NCBI GenBank assembly: GCA_951406725.2
Contig: OX597815.1
Location: forward strand, 84,134,001-84,198,000
Length of the DNA: 64,000 nt
DNA from: Octopus vulgaris
Lineage: Eukaryota
Reading direction: 5' to 3'
Part shown: positions 27,001 through 40,090 of the stretch, one piece after another
How the letters are laid out: each line of letters begins with the position of its first letter
How positions within the stretch are numbered: the stretch's first letter is position 1
Notes under the pieces: generated by a model
Databases searched by the model: none
The model's input: the letters and a program-made list of their open reading frames with translations, nothing else
Told to the model about the DNA's origin: nothing
Made by a program: the position numbers and the translations under genes

Positions 27001-27871
27001 CGAGCTCTGATCAATAAGAATGCGGACCGTTGCTATAGTAACAAAGCTAAAGCATGCAGAATGAAATCGCTTTTCACAAATTGACCTTGAACTCTGTTGT
27101 GTATTCGCAATAAGTTTTAACGTTCTACCTCACTCCCACTATTTACAGCAGTGCTTCGAAGGAAAGTGTGAAGCGTGTGATCCTCGCGTTGCCCAGGACA
27201 GAGAAAGTTGAGCAGATAATTTGTATTAAATTTTACCAAAAGCTTGATGATACTTTCCCAGAAGGCTACGCAAAGTTTACAAAAAGTTTTCATGGTTCTC
27301 GATACAATTAGGATTTTGTGCAACTGAAACCTGAGTGTCTTTTTGGTTAACTAAAAACAGTTTTGGCACAAAATTGGCAGGCACGCGTCTCATACCCAAA
27401 TTTTCAGTGATAATGGACTAAACTGAACCGTGACTAATTTGCACATCCTTTAATAACCTACGGATGGTGATTCGACGATTTTCCCTCACAGCTGAATTAT
27501 CTGCTATAATTTTCTGTTCTGCTGGTTGTGGGTTTCCCAGAACGTTCTTCAATATCAACATTTTTCCGGTCATCTTGGAAACGTCGGAAACACTCGTATA
27601 CTTCTGTGCGTCTCATACACCCCTCTCCATAGACTTTCTGCAACTTTGCATAGTCCTCTGAGCAGGTATCGCCATGGCAACTTTCTCTGCCATGGTCAAT
27701 GCGACGATCACACGCTATACACCTTCTTTCCAAGCACTGCGAGCTAGAATTTTAATACTTCGTGCGCATGCACAGCAGAGTCTAAGGTCAATTTGTGCCA
27801 AGCAGCTTTACTCTGCGTGCTTTAGCCTCATTACTCTGGCAACATACCGGATACTTATTGATCAGACCGCA
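27001..27871. mobile_element. Fold-back non-autonomous mariner built from two 5' ends
   Basis: Both ends read CTGATCAATAAG...AGAGAAAGTTG inward. Left arm encodes TEKVEQIICIKF; right arm encodes the HTH LQKVYGEGCMRRTEVYECFRRF..RSGKP. TA flanks. Confidence 0.85.
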
Positions 27872-28891
27872 TATGTATATTTAAATATGTGAGTTATATG
27901 AGTGTATCAGCTTTTTGTGTGTATTTAAGCATATATACCCTATTTACGTGTAATTTCACTTAGATTGCATTCATGTCTATATATGTGTTTTACTGATAGT
28001 ATGTTTTAAATTCTGTGTTTTTTGTGTGACTTTTAAATACATTTTCCCAAAGAAACACCTCTTCTATTTATTAAATATTTCAAATATTTTCCAATTTGGT
28101 AAGTGCTTTGGAGTGAAACTCTAAACCTTTGATTCACTGTTGTAGCTTCTTGAGGATAAATAATATAGGGTGTATAGGTTTTTCTGTACGTGTGAGAGAG
28201 AGAGAGGGAGAGGGGGAGAGATAGCATGCGTGTATGTTTTTGCTTGAGTGCGCTTGAGTAAGGGGTTAGCTGTGGTTTGTAGATTATATGTAGGCATACA
28301 GTTCTGCCATCATGTACAATCGCATCACCTTATAAGCAAAATATCAGATCTCAAAATAATACAATCATACATAGACACAATATCTACAAAAAATCGTACG
28401 TACGCATGCGTATGTAGTCTAATACAGACACACACATAGGTGCGTTCTAAGAGTTCCTATTTAAATTATATATAACTGGATTTTAAATTCACGGATGAGT
28501 TGTTTTAAGTGGTGAGATTTAAATTTTACAGTAAATAGCAGCGTAATAATGCTAAGCATATAGAAATGTAAATATTTTTAATGCATGAAAATATTAAAAT
28601 AACGAAACCAACCGAAATTGAAATAACAACACAAAAAAGAAATACGCCATTTACAGTAAAATCTGTCAATGACACGAGATTCTGCTTTTAACTACCTTAC
28701 TATACGCTCCCTCTTTCTTTCTCTTTCACTCTCTCTCACAAGTCTCACTGTCCCAGTATCTCTCTCTCAAGCTCTATCGTTGTCTTTCCTTTTCTCTTTC
28801 TATCTTTCCCTACTCTGTTTTTCAGGTTGTGTATATATTTACGTATGTGTTTCTCTCTGTGCGAGTAAACCGCATACGCACAATCATATAT

Positions 28892-28938
<47 letters not shown>

Positions 28939-29100
28939 TTATATTATTATATTATTATATTATATAACATATATCTACTGTTGTACATGCAGACTTGAAT
29001 ACACACACACACGCATAATGTGGACAAACATACACAAAAGATACATACATGTACACACAAACACACAAACACACACACATACAAACACACACACACACAC

Positions 29101-29255
29101 ATGATGGGCTGCTGTCACTTTCTACCTATGAAATCCACTCACAAAGCTTTCGTCAGCCAGAAGACAATTGGCAAAGTGACACATACAGCGGGACTGAACC
29201 CGGAACCATGTAATTGTTAAGCACACATCTTACCACACAGCTACTCCTGTGCCTG
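29101..29255 (-). mobile_element. Family B SINE head
   Basis: Minus strand GCTGTGTGGTAAG...GGTTCCGGGTTCAGTCCC. Confidence 0.7.
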
Positions 29256-29434
29256 TGTATGTTTTGAATGTATGTATGTGTGTCTATATAAATATATATA
29301 TATATAAATAATCAATGAACGTACTTATATCGTGAATAAATATGAAGCTATGTTTGTATAAGTATACGCTTGTACATGTGTCTACTGTATCTATTTCCTT
29401 CCTTATAATAATTCATGCTAATATATATATATGC

Positions 29435-29570
29435 GTGTGTGTGTTTGTGTGTCTGTGTTTGTCCCCCTAGCATTGCTTGACAACCGATGCTGGTGTGTTT
29501 ATGTCCCCGTTACCTAGCGGTTCGGCAAAAGAGACCGGTAGAATAAGTACTGGGCTTACAAAAGAATAAG
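29435..29570 (+). mobile_element. Family B SINE tail
   Basis: GCTTGACAACCGATGCTGGTGTGTTT...GGTTCGGCAAAAGAGACCG. Confidence 0.7.
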
Positions 29571-29574
29571 AGAC

Positions 29575-29789
29575 TACTGACCGTCTGTTCGAAGGATTAT
29601 TTACCTAAATCCAGTGGAATACATCCACTGGTTTTCAAACATAGAAATATTAATATTTCCAAGTCTCTCTAAAGGAGACTACGGCAGAGACGTAGAGAGA
29701 CTTAGACGTATTAATATTTCTACTTTTGAAAACCAGTGGATGTATTCTACTGAATTTAGGTAAATAATCCTTCAAAAAGACGGTCAGTA
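29575..29789. repeat. Inverted repeat, ~97-bp arms with a 21-bp spacer
   Basis: 29575-29671 is the imperfect reverse complement of 29693-29789. Confidence 0.9.
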
Positions 29790-30550
29790 TCGACACCGGC
29801 TGGGTTTCGACTGCTCTGCATTGATAAGGGACAAATACCCTAAAACTAGTCTGCAGATGCCTAACCAGCAAGAGGAAGCGGCTGACTTCCCCTGTTCGAA
29901 GGTTATAGTGGACACATATTCGTGTGTCACATAGCTAGCTAGAGATAATGGCCTCTTGGCCAACGGCAGCATTCGAATCAACGGCAGCATTCGTCCTATG
30001 TTTCTGGACTGCCATATTAGCTTCGCGATAACTATTAATGTCCAGTACAGCTGCCGTAGTCTCCTTTAGAGAGACTTAGAGAGGACATTTTGCACACACA
30101 CACATCCGTGGAGTGAATAGCTGAATTTGCCATTACTAAAAGCCAAGAATCGATTATTATTGACAAACTGACCAGCTGCAAAGATATCAACTAAATTTTT
30201 TCTTCTTTCTCTCCTTCTTCTTCTTTTCCCTCTTTTTCTTTAAAACTCTCTTTCAGATACAAAAACACACACATACACACACGCACACACACACATGCTC
30301 TCTCTCACTTTCTTCTCATTCATTACCCTCTTGTACTATCTTATATCTCTCCCCACCCCTACACACTCAATAATACTATAAAAAGAGTCAAAATTCCTGC
30401 AAAACTTAGTTCAATTTGAAGACTCCACTAGAGTGGACGAAAGCGATTTATATGATAGATGATATGTGATATATAAAAACATGTAACATACTAGTAAATA
30501 TCGGTAAATATAAAACCATCCAGATTTCTGAGTACCTCATTTCTTCTAAT
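29790..30550 (+). mobile_element. Probable Penelope-like 3' end with decayed hammerhead at ~30416-30446
   Basis: TTGAAGA-C-TCCAC-TAGA-GTGGA-C-GAAAG, followed by an AT-rich tail ending at (TA)n; preceded by a fold-back. Confidence 0.4.
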
Positions 30551-30888
30551 ATATATATAGTCTCTTACAGCTGCTTCGAGGATAGCAAAGCATGAGGAGC
30601 ATGTGTTATTGAGCATGGATTTCCAGGGTAAACTAAGCGATCCGTCATATGAGAGAAACAGCGAAAAATTAATATAAACTATGCTTAAATAAGGATGTTA
30701 GTAGTCACCTGTTCATTGTATATCCCATGACAATTTAACTATTTACTATAACCAATCTGTACTGTTTAAATTATAACTTATAAACTCAAAGTTCTAAAGT
30801 GACAGCACATGCTTTGCTTCTTTATTCCCTATTTCTAATATGAATGAATGTATACATACATACATACATACATACATACATACATACA

Positions 30889-30919
<31 letters not shown>

Positions 30920-31049
30920 GCTCCTAGAACAGTTCTAGCCCACTTTGATAAGTTGTTTCAAAACCAACTTGTTTTCAGTTTTGTTCAAGCCGGATTTCGG
31001 TGGTAAACTATATGCATACATGCATATATATATATATATATATGTGTGT

Positions 31050-31150
<101 letters not shown>

Positions 31151-31172
31151 GATAGATAGATAGATATATAGG

Positions 31173-31203
<31 letters not shown>

Positions 31204-32898
31204 GCATTCACACACACACACACACACAGACATTTATATATGTATGTATCTACTCATTTTTGAGTTTACAGTAGAACTCTGTTGTAGCCCCCAAAACTGA
31301 TGTAACTGGTTTTGTGACCAGAAGAATAACTTAGCAATTCGACAAAATATAGAAGAATGCCGGATTGAATTAAGTACTGAGATCGATGCGCTCGAAGAAA
31401 CCTTTGAATTCTGAACATCTGTATAGCCGCATTGCAATGAATGAATCGATGAACAGAATAGAAGGAAATAAGACAAAGAATGTGCTAACGCTGCTTTGAT
31501 GTTTGTATTGCTTTAGAGGAAGCTTGTTATCCTTCCATCCGCATTTACTGCCTAACTGTATATGTATTTATGCATGCACATGCACAGAAAATACCAAAAT
31601 GCATATGTGCATAAGGATGCATACATGCATATTTTCAAACGAAAACTGTTGTGCCTAATACCAAAAATTGCAAGGCATATTTCATGCATTGCATCTGTTT
31701 GACTATGAATTGTAATATGATTTTGATATAAAGTAAGGAATGGTTAAGAAGTAGCTATATATTAGAGAATGTCAAGAATATGCTGAAAAGGTTAACACGT
31801 TAATAGGTTCTCTGTTGTGTAGGTAATGCCTGACTTAACAGGCGTATAAAATTTTCCAGAACCAGCTATCATGTATTAACCACTAAGACGGATTTCTCTT
31901 GTGAAAAACTCAAATTTAAATAGATTCGACCACATAAGAATTAAGGATCGTATCCTTTTTCTCCTCCTTCCACTTGAACATCATCTCAATACAGGCGCTA
32001 TGATCCACGGAAGGAGCTCCTTAATACTCTCTCAACCTGCTAGATGTCAGCATCTCAGTTATATATTATGGACATGGCTTTCTGACAAAGAATAAGTCGG
32101 AATATTCACGGCTGGAATGAGTCTTCTTGTTCAGTATTTACCTGGTTTAAGTAACAACTGCTATTGCTACTTCACCATATTTGTTTGGGATGTACGCCTT
32201 TTACTTGGGTGACTTTTTGCGGAATTCATTATGGTTCCAGGTTTGAGTAGTCGCTATTTACATATGTCCTGGAAAAGCTTTCTATTTTCCTATCTCTAAC
32301 TTACGAACATCGATATTTACTCATCAACTGTAATGATACTGAATTTCATATAAATCAAGATTTATAGGAAATCCCAGTTTTTGAAGCATATAATAGCATA
32401 AAAGATTAAATCAAAAATATATATATCTTTCGAATGATTTTAAAAGATAGAAGCTGTGTCACAGATATAGGGAGACTGTCATACTTGGTTAGAATATTTT
32501 AAATTTGAAGCTAACTGTAAGTAACAAGAGAGATCGTAAATGGAAGAAAATATTTCCAGACATACAGAAACAAATGGAAAATAAATTCTTAAGAAACAGA
32601 TATGGTGCAATTAAAACGAATGCATGAATAACCTTTAAAAGTACCAACTGATGTTGCAATATTAGTCTTTGTTTAGTAAACAAACCTAATATATCCTTTA
32701 AATGATAAAGCACATGAAAACCACGCACGACTAGCAGAATCAAATCAAATATTTATGAGTGTACAGAAACACTGATAGAAGCACCTAAATACACGCATAT
32801 ACACATACACACACACATGCATATATATGTATGTGCATTTGTGTATGTATGTATATATGTATTTATTTATGTATGTATATGTGCTCTCTCTCTCCCTG

Positions 32899-33000
<102 letters not shown>

Positions 33001-34980
33001 TATATATATATTATATATACTATACATGCATACAATTGAAGCACAGCCATAACTACGAAATTCAAATAGCTTTCAGAAAAGAAGTCAAATATATGCGGAT
33101 AACTATATAAAGCAAACTAAAAGCATAATGAACATATTGAAATAAGACTTTTACTTAATGTCAGTAAGAAATTACTATACGAGAAAATACTCTAGAAAGT
33201 CAGAAAATATGTTCAATTACTATAAATAAGAACAGTATACAATGCTGAAAAGCCTTAGCATTAGAAGAAAATAAAGCCTCTTAATTGCATATGAAAACTA
33301 AGGCTTCCGAATTAGAGTATTCCAAAAGTATGTTGTAAAACATCTCATTGAATAAGTAATGAAGTCCATGTGTGCGTGCTTCGCTATTAAGTAGTCTATT
33401 GTCTAGAGATAACAGTCTACATCTTGTTATTCCGAACTACATTCGAGTTTCAGTATAACGACTGAAACTACTAAGCGATAAATAAACAATCATTTGGTTT
33501 GCTTTGTCAATAACATGATCAGAATTACTATGTATGTGAGACTGATGATACTGTGACAAAAATGAATATAAAAATGAGCTACTGATGTGGATACAGTTAG
33601 CCATCTTTCGAGTTTATGCAACCGCTCGACAGTATGTACTGTACAGCTGCCGCACTGTCCGCAATATACTACTGTTAAAAAGAAAACTACAACCAGAAGA
33701 ATCGATATTGAATTCAGGACGATATTATTAACACAAATGAAGGTACCTTTTCATATTCAGTCAACATAGTGCAAATAAAAGATAAACCTCCCTTACGCCG
33801 CACCATGCTGGTTTGTAAAATGAAGAACATTTTTTACAGAATACTAGTGGATAGGCCGTGTCTCAATAAAGAATAGAATTGCACCATTTGGATTGTCTCG
33901 ATTATGAGTCTACTCTATCAGCATTGAATTGTGGCTAAGCAAAGATAATACAATAGCCAATGAGGGCGCTGCTCATAGCCAATCTGAGATAATAGCAAAT
34001 ATTCTCACAAATTATGTAAAACTGACTTGAAAAGCTAGAACGTCCTCTCATTCAGGGCCGACATTGAAGTAAACACTAAAAACCTAAAAGAAAAAAACAA
34101 TGAAGTTCTTTCTAGAACTACCTTTACCATCGCGGGCAAAACAGTGCCAACAAGAGGTGCAACACCAGCAGCATCAATAAAAATTCTAGAAAGACTCGAA
34201 ACATCAACAGCAGCAATAACAATGCCATCCACCACCAACAGAACAATAACAAAGAGAGCCATCAGTATACAAAGCATCATAACCAGTAACAGCACCAATG
34301 GCGTCATCCTTTACGTTTACTACTTAAGCTGAACTCAGTTTAGTAAATGTGATAAATAAAGACAGATAAACATCTAAACAAATATGTATGTTATTCATAT
34401 TTCCAGCTATAAGTAATTGAAAATAATACCAAAATAAACAAATGCCAAAAGGAAAAGAAAAGAAAAGGAAAGAAAAAAGAATTAAATAAATAAAGAGATA
34501 TGAAGTAAATAATTTATGACTAAACAAAGAAAGGGATTTAGATAATGAAAATTGAGAAAAGAAATATAGAAAGAGAATCAAATTGGAAATATCATCCTCA
34601 ACTTCACCACCATCACAACCACCACCATGAGAACAACAACAAATCCAACACTATCATCATCATTATCGCTAAGAAGACCAGCAGCGGCAGCAGTAGCAAA
34701 CACAGAAACAACCGCATTTTTATAGAATTCAATGAAATCATTTGGAAATGTATGTCTTCAGAGAAACTGGTACATTGGAATTGTGGAATCAATGCTGTTT
34801 TTGAATAGATTTTATCAAAATTCCACTTTCTTGTTCTCCTTAGCAGTGACCCTTGCATTGATCAATCAATGAATTTCGTAAGATGCACACACATCATCAA
34901 AAACAACAATAGCAGCAGAGACATCAACAATGACATCACCATCAATATTCACTATCACTATCATCATCACCATCATAGTC

Positions 34981-35124
34981 AGGTGGTGGTGGTGGTGGTG
35001 GTGGTAATAGTGGTGGTCGTGTTCGATGATGGGGAATGTTATGGTGGTGGTCGTCGTCGTCGCTGTCGTCATTGTGGTTGTGGTGTAGTGATGGTGGTGG
35101 TGGTGGTGGTGGTGGTGGTGGCGG

Positions 35125-35204
<80 letters not shown>

Positions 35205-35226
35205 GTGGTGGTTGTGGTGATGATAG

Positions 35227-35257
<31 letters not shown>

Positions 35258-35310
35258 AAGAAGGAGGAGGAGGAGGAGGAGGAGGAGGAGGAGGGGAAGG
35301 GGAGTAGTAG
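34981..35310. repeat. Compound (GGT)n-(GGC)n-(GAT)n-(GAG)n microsatellite
   Basis: Direct reading. Confidence 0.95.
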
Positions 35311-35784
35311 GATGGTGAATAATTAGATAAAACAATGCAGATGTACGAGAGGTATTTACCGAAATTCTAAGACAACATTGTTATATAAATCTATTGTTTA
35401 GATAAATGTTTGTAATCAAAAGGAAGAAGGACAGTAATAACAACAACAACAACAACAACAACAACAAAGAATGGAAGAAAAATAAGCTGGCATCCTATTT
35501 TTCGTCTTTGTCGTATTATCAAAACACAAGTAAAACGCACACATTCACTTACATACACCTTCCACATACACACGTACTTAAACACACGAAATCACATTAA
35601 TATACAGAAATATAGACAAACAAATTCGGTTTCATGTAAACTATGTTGTGTGTATGTTTTTTTTTGTTTATTAATATTTTAGCGCAAGCATTTCGATTTT
35701 ACAGCCATCCTATTCTTTCCCTTTACGTAAATATATAGGCACCATTTTGTTGAATTTTAAATAATGAAATAACACAAAAGGACG

Positions 35785-36340
35785 ATGACAATGGTGACGG
35801 TGGTGGTTGTGGTGGTGGTGGTGTCGGTGGTTTTGCTACTGATGCTGGTGCTGGTGATGTTGGTGGTTATGTTGGTGCTACAGGCGATGAAGGTGTTGGT
35901 GGTGTTGGTGGTGGTAGTGGAAGTGGTGATGGTGGTGGTGGTGGTTGTGGTGGTGTCGGCGGTAGCGGTTGTGGTCGTCGTCATCGTCGTCATCGTTGTG
36001 GTAGTGGCGGTATTGGTGGTGGTTGCGGTGGTGGTGGTGGTGATGGTAGTGGTGGTGGTGGTGGTGGTGGTGGTGGTAGCAGCAGCGGTGATATTGATGT
36101 CGATGATGGTGATAATTACGACAATATTAATGGCAAGAGGAAGACGAAGGACGAGAAGAAGAAGAAGAAGAAGAAGAAGAAGAAGAAGAAGAAGAAGAAA
36201 GAGGAGGAGGAGGAGAAGAAGAAGAAGAAGAAAGAGGAGGAGGAGGAGGAGGAGGAGGAGAAGAAGAAGAAGAAGAAGAAGAAGAAGAAGAAGAAGAAGA
36301 AGAAGAAGAAGAAGAAGAAGAAGAAGAAGAAGAAGATAAT
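35785..36340. repeat. Degenerate (GGT)n followed by a (GAA/GAG)n polypurine tract
   Basis: Direct reading. Confidence 0.95.
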
Positions 36341-36891
36341 AACAAATATAACAACGACATCTTCAAAGGCAGCAGCCAACAAAACCAACAAGGAAACAAA
36401 GACACTAAATACAAAGTATTAACACAGAAATATGAAAACAGAGGACAACAATGCTATTGTTTCAGATTGTTTAAGGAAAACATCAGTTATTTACCTGAAA
36501 ATAGGGGAACATACACCCCTCCACACACACACACACACACACTCATAAACACTTGCATATGCTCTATGTGCTTGCGTGTTCATGGGTGTGCTTGTATGCG
36601 TAAATGTTCCCGTTTATTAATACGTGGCTCCTTATTTATCAATGCATGTAAATAGAATTGCCAACCGACGGATTCCTTGTTATGACAAATAATACTTCGT
36701 TAAATCTGACACCAACTTTTCATCATATGGGTTTAGTTACAGTCATTGTTTCTCACTACATTCATCGTATCGAAACTGCTTTATGGAAACTGCACTTTAC
36801 TTTGAAGTTATCGTAACATTCAGCAATTATGTTCACGTGTATTGTGTTCCTTTCTGACCCGGGATGACCTGCTACATCAAAATCCATAAAT

Positions 36892-37227
36892 AACAAGGGC
36901 ACTCAAGAGCGCAAACCTCCGCCAAGGCAATACCAACGTCCTTTTAAAATGAGAATATATGAAATAAATTCGACTGCTCTCACAAACGAGATTACTAAAA
37001 ATGAACCCAACCGCTCTCAAAAATTAAGTAAAAAAACAGGAAATCTAATCCAGAATTGTTGTCCGATATCGGATCGATCCCAAAATCTAATCCCTTCGTG
37101 CCAGTCACGAGGCCAAACATCCCTGAAAGCTTCATCCGAATCCATACAGCAGTTCTTGAGATATTTTGTCCACGGACAAATAAACACGACTAAAAACAAT
37201 ACCTCCGCCTTCGCTAAAAGGGTTATA
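36892..37227. mobile_element. Helentron/HINE-like non-autonomous element
   Basis: Starts AACAAGGGCACTCA; ACCTCCGCC at 36915-36923 and 37201-37209, the latter in a degenerate terminal hairpin; second copy at 60531-60726. Confidence 0.6.
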
Positions 37228-37679
37228 AGTGAAACGTCTATAAATTAAATGTATCAAATATATGTGACCGTTTTCTAATCTGAGAGACAGCATTACCATT
37301 TTAGATCCAACATCTTGTATATATTGCATTTCATCATGAAATTAGTTTAAAAGTTATTATAATAATTTACTAGTTTAACGAACATCATTCATAGTACATA
37401 ACGTATTGCATAGTGACGGTTTTTAATTTGATGTTTCATGCAAAAAAAAATTACACAAGCTGAAATTTCAATGGCAAAGTATCATACTTAGATAAGAATC
37501 AATGTCCTGATTATCTTTTTTGATGACATGATACGAGTAATGTATATCTGTTGCTGTACACACAAATACACTCACAAATATGTGCCTATAAAAAAGCGTA
37601 AGACTTTGCTGACAGACCGTTTACAATTTGTTGACCGCTCCTCAGAGAAAGCCTGCCAGCTTGCTTTTCTTCCTTCACA

Positions 37680-37741
<62 letters not shown>

Positions 37742-38290
37742 GGGGGGGAAGTAAGAAAAATAGACGAAAAAGCACATTGTAAATCAAAAAAAGTAAAGTA
37801 GGTAAAGTAACGAAAGATATATACAATTAGATGAACTGAGGTAGGAATAAAAGTAATAAAAGTCATTATTGCGAAATTAATAAAGAGATTCAAGCATACC
37901 GGTTTCGTAAGTTACTAATCATTTGAATACAACTGTTCATTGCTTTTTGCTTTGAATGCAAATCCACAACTACTTACCTCCCTTACAAACAATCTTTTTT
38001 CGCAGGAACTATTAGACCTGACACCGTCCATTTATCGGTGAGCATTCAAAGCAATGAATAGTTGTATTCAAAGTAAAAAGCAATGAGCAGTTGTATTCAA
38101 AGCAATGATTAGTAACTTACGAAACCAGTATGCTTGAATCCCTTTAATAATTTCACAATAATGACTTTAATTACTTTTATTCCTACCTCAGTTCATCTAA
38201 TTGTATATGACTTTCGTTCCGTTGCATAAAAAACGTTTACTTTTTTTGATTTACAATGTGCATTTTCGTCTAGTTTTCTTACTTTCCCCT
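37742..38290. mobile_element. Fold-back element (arms >200 bp) with a hammerhead variant in each arm
   Basis: ~37742-37960 is reverse-complementary to ~38042-38290; starts at a (TA)n tract. Confidence 0.85.
38095..38139 (+). ncRNA. Minimal type I hammerhead variant with A3-U8 core
   Basis: ATTC(A)AAGCA-ATGATTA-GTA-ACT-TAC-GAAAC-CA-GT-A-TGCTTGAAT; 9-bp stem I with one bulge. Confidence 0.65.
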
Positions 38291-38336
38291 TACATTACAA
38301 CGTGTAGTTTCTATTTCCTTTTTGTAACATATTTCT

Positions 38337-38395
<59 letters not shown>

Positions 38396-38420
38396 GTAAT
38401 AATGCACTGCTCTCTCACTC

Positions 38421-38491
<71 letters not shown>

Positions 38492-39061
38492 TAATAATAA
38501 TAATAATAATAATAATGCATGTATGGACATAAATATGTATGTGTGTGCGTGCACGCGCGCGGATGTATGACAAAAGAATTCAAATATTGTTGGCCCTGAG
38601 GTATAGCTAAGCATTTCTTGTTATTCGCCGTCTTTTTACACCTAATGGACAAGAAGTTTCAAGTATGACCATTCAGAATTCTAGTACCTTCTCGTTACAT
38701 CAGTCAGAAGGCTACTCTTTGGGAGAGAGATTCGGTTGTTCCTTTGTAGTAAGTTAAGCAAGCGTGTACATGAGATGGGTTTTGTTTTTCTCCAAAGAAA
38801 TATGCAAGCAAGCTGAATGTTGCAAACAGGTGCATTTCAATTTAAAAGGTAGATCGGTGATGCAAGACATTTCGAAGTATATATTGATGTATTTATATGT
38901 AACCCAGTATAATTTTTCTCTCTTGTTGATGAAATAATATGTTTAAGGTTCATTGTACGATTAGTAAGCATATATTACTGTTGCCTACCTTATCAGTCAT
39001 GGAGAAATGAAAATTAGTTTTGATACTGTCATTAAGTTTCTGGCTTTGGGTTAAAGATTAT

Positions 39062-40090
39062 ATAGGAGGATCAGTTAATTATGAATTTATTCAACATATT
39101 CTACTCTTGGATCCACACACTTATTGCAGTGTTCTTTCAAACTTTCTAAGCCCCGAAAAAGGATCTCGGAAGGGAGGGACTCCAGCCAGGCCTTTGTAAC
39201 AGCGATCACCAGGCCTTTGTAATAGCGATCACAATTTCGTTCCCTTGCTAAGTTTCTTCAGTTCTGGCAAGATGTGATAGTCGGAGGGGGCCAGGTCGCG
39301 AGAGTAAGGTGGGGTTTCCGTAGAGTTTCATATGCTGTGTGTGCAGGTACATTGTCCTGAAAAAAATAGAGGACGCCACAGCTCAACTTTCCACGTCGTG
39401 TCTGCTTCAAAGCTTCACGTAGTTCGTCCAACAGAGACATGTAGTATTGTGTTGATGGTGCGACTCTTTGGCAGGTATGTAATGAGGAACGCTGAAGCCA
39501 GAATCTTTCCAGCTAATTTCTGGGTTCGAATATTCTTGGGACGAGCTGAACCGTTATGACGCCATTTCATTGATTGCTACTTGGAATGGGGATGATGATA
39601 ATGATAAAGCCAACTTGCATCCATGATGACTAAATGAGCCATAAAATCAACTTCTCTCGCTGGAAACCGGTCGAAAATCGCCATTGATGTCACTTTGCTG
39701 CACTTTTGGTCTGCATTCAGGCATTTCAGCACTCATTTTGTGGAAAGCCTCATCTCCAGAATGTTGTGGATGATGTGGCTAACTCCTTTGCGGGAAATCC
39801 CCAATTTCAGCAGTGACTTTAGCTGAAATCCGGCTGTCCTCAATAATCATGACGTGCACAGTGGCGGTTTTGTTCTCTGTGGTCGAGGAAATTGACCGTA
39901 CTCACTAGGTTTCATTTATGACCTCGAAATGACCAGTCCGAAACTTAGATTTTCACTGTGGAGTAAGATGGGCAACCACCCTTCACGACTTCATCTCACC
40001 ATGAATTTCTGCCGCTCCTTTACCTTGCAAAAGGAGGAACTTCTTGACTGCCCGTGCTTCAATTTTGCTAAAATCTACAGTAGGACCTGC
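39062..40090 (-). mobile_element. Decayed mariner (DD34D) transposon
   Basis: LREALKQTRRGKLSCGVLYFFQDNVPAH and PYSRDLAPSDY motifs; boundaries approximate. Confidence 0.8.

Noticed and set aside
32078-32112. CTGACAA...GGAATATTC possible hammerhead relic
   Set aside because: Two core mismatches and no convincing stems.
34845-34885. Possible plus-strand microexon (CCTTAGCAG...GTAAGA)
   Set aside because: Splice-like motifs only; expected by chance in 64 kb.
38040-38110. CRISPR-like repeat
   Set aside because: Short tandem duplication without unique spacers, in eukaryotic DNA with no cas genes.
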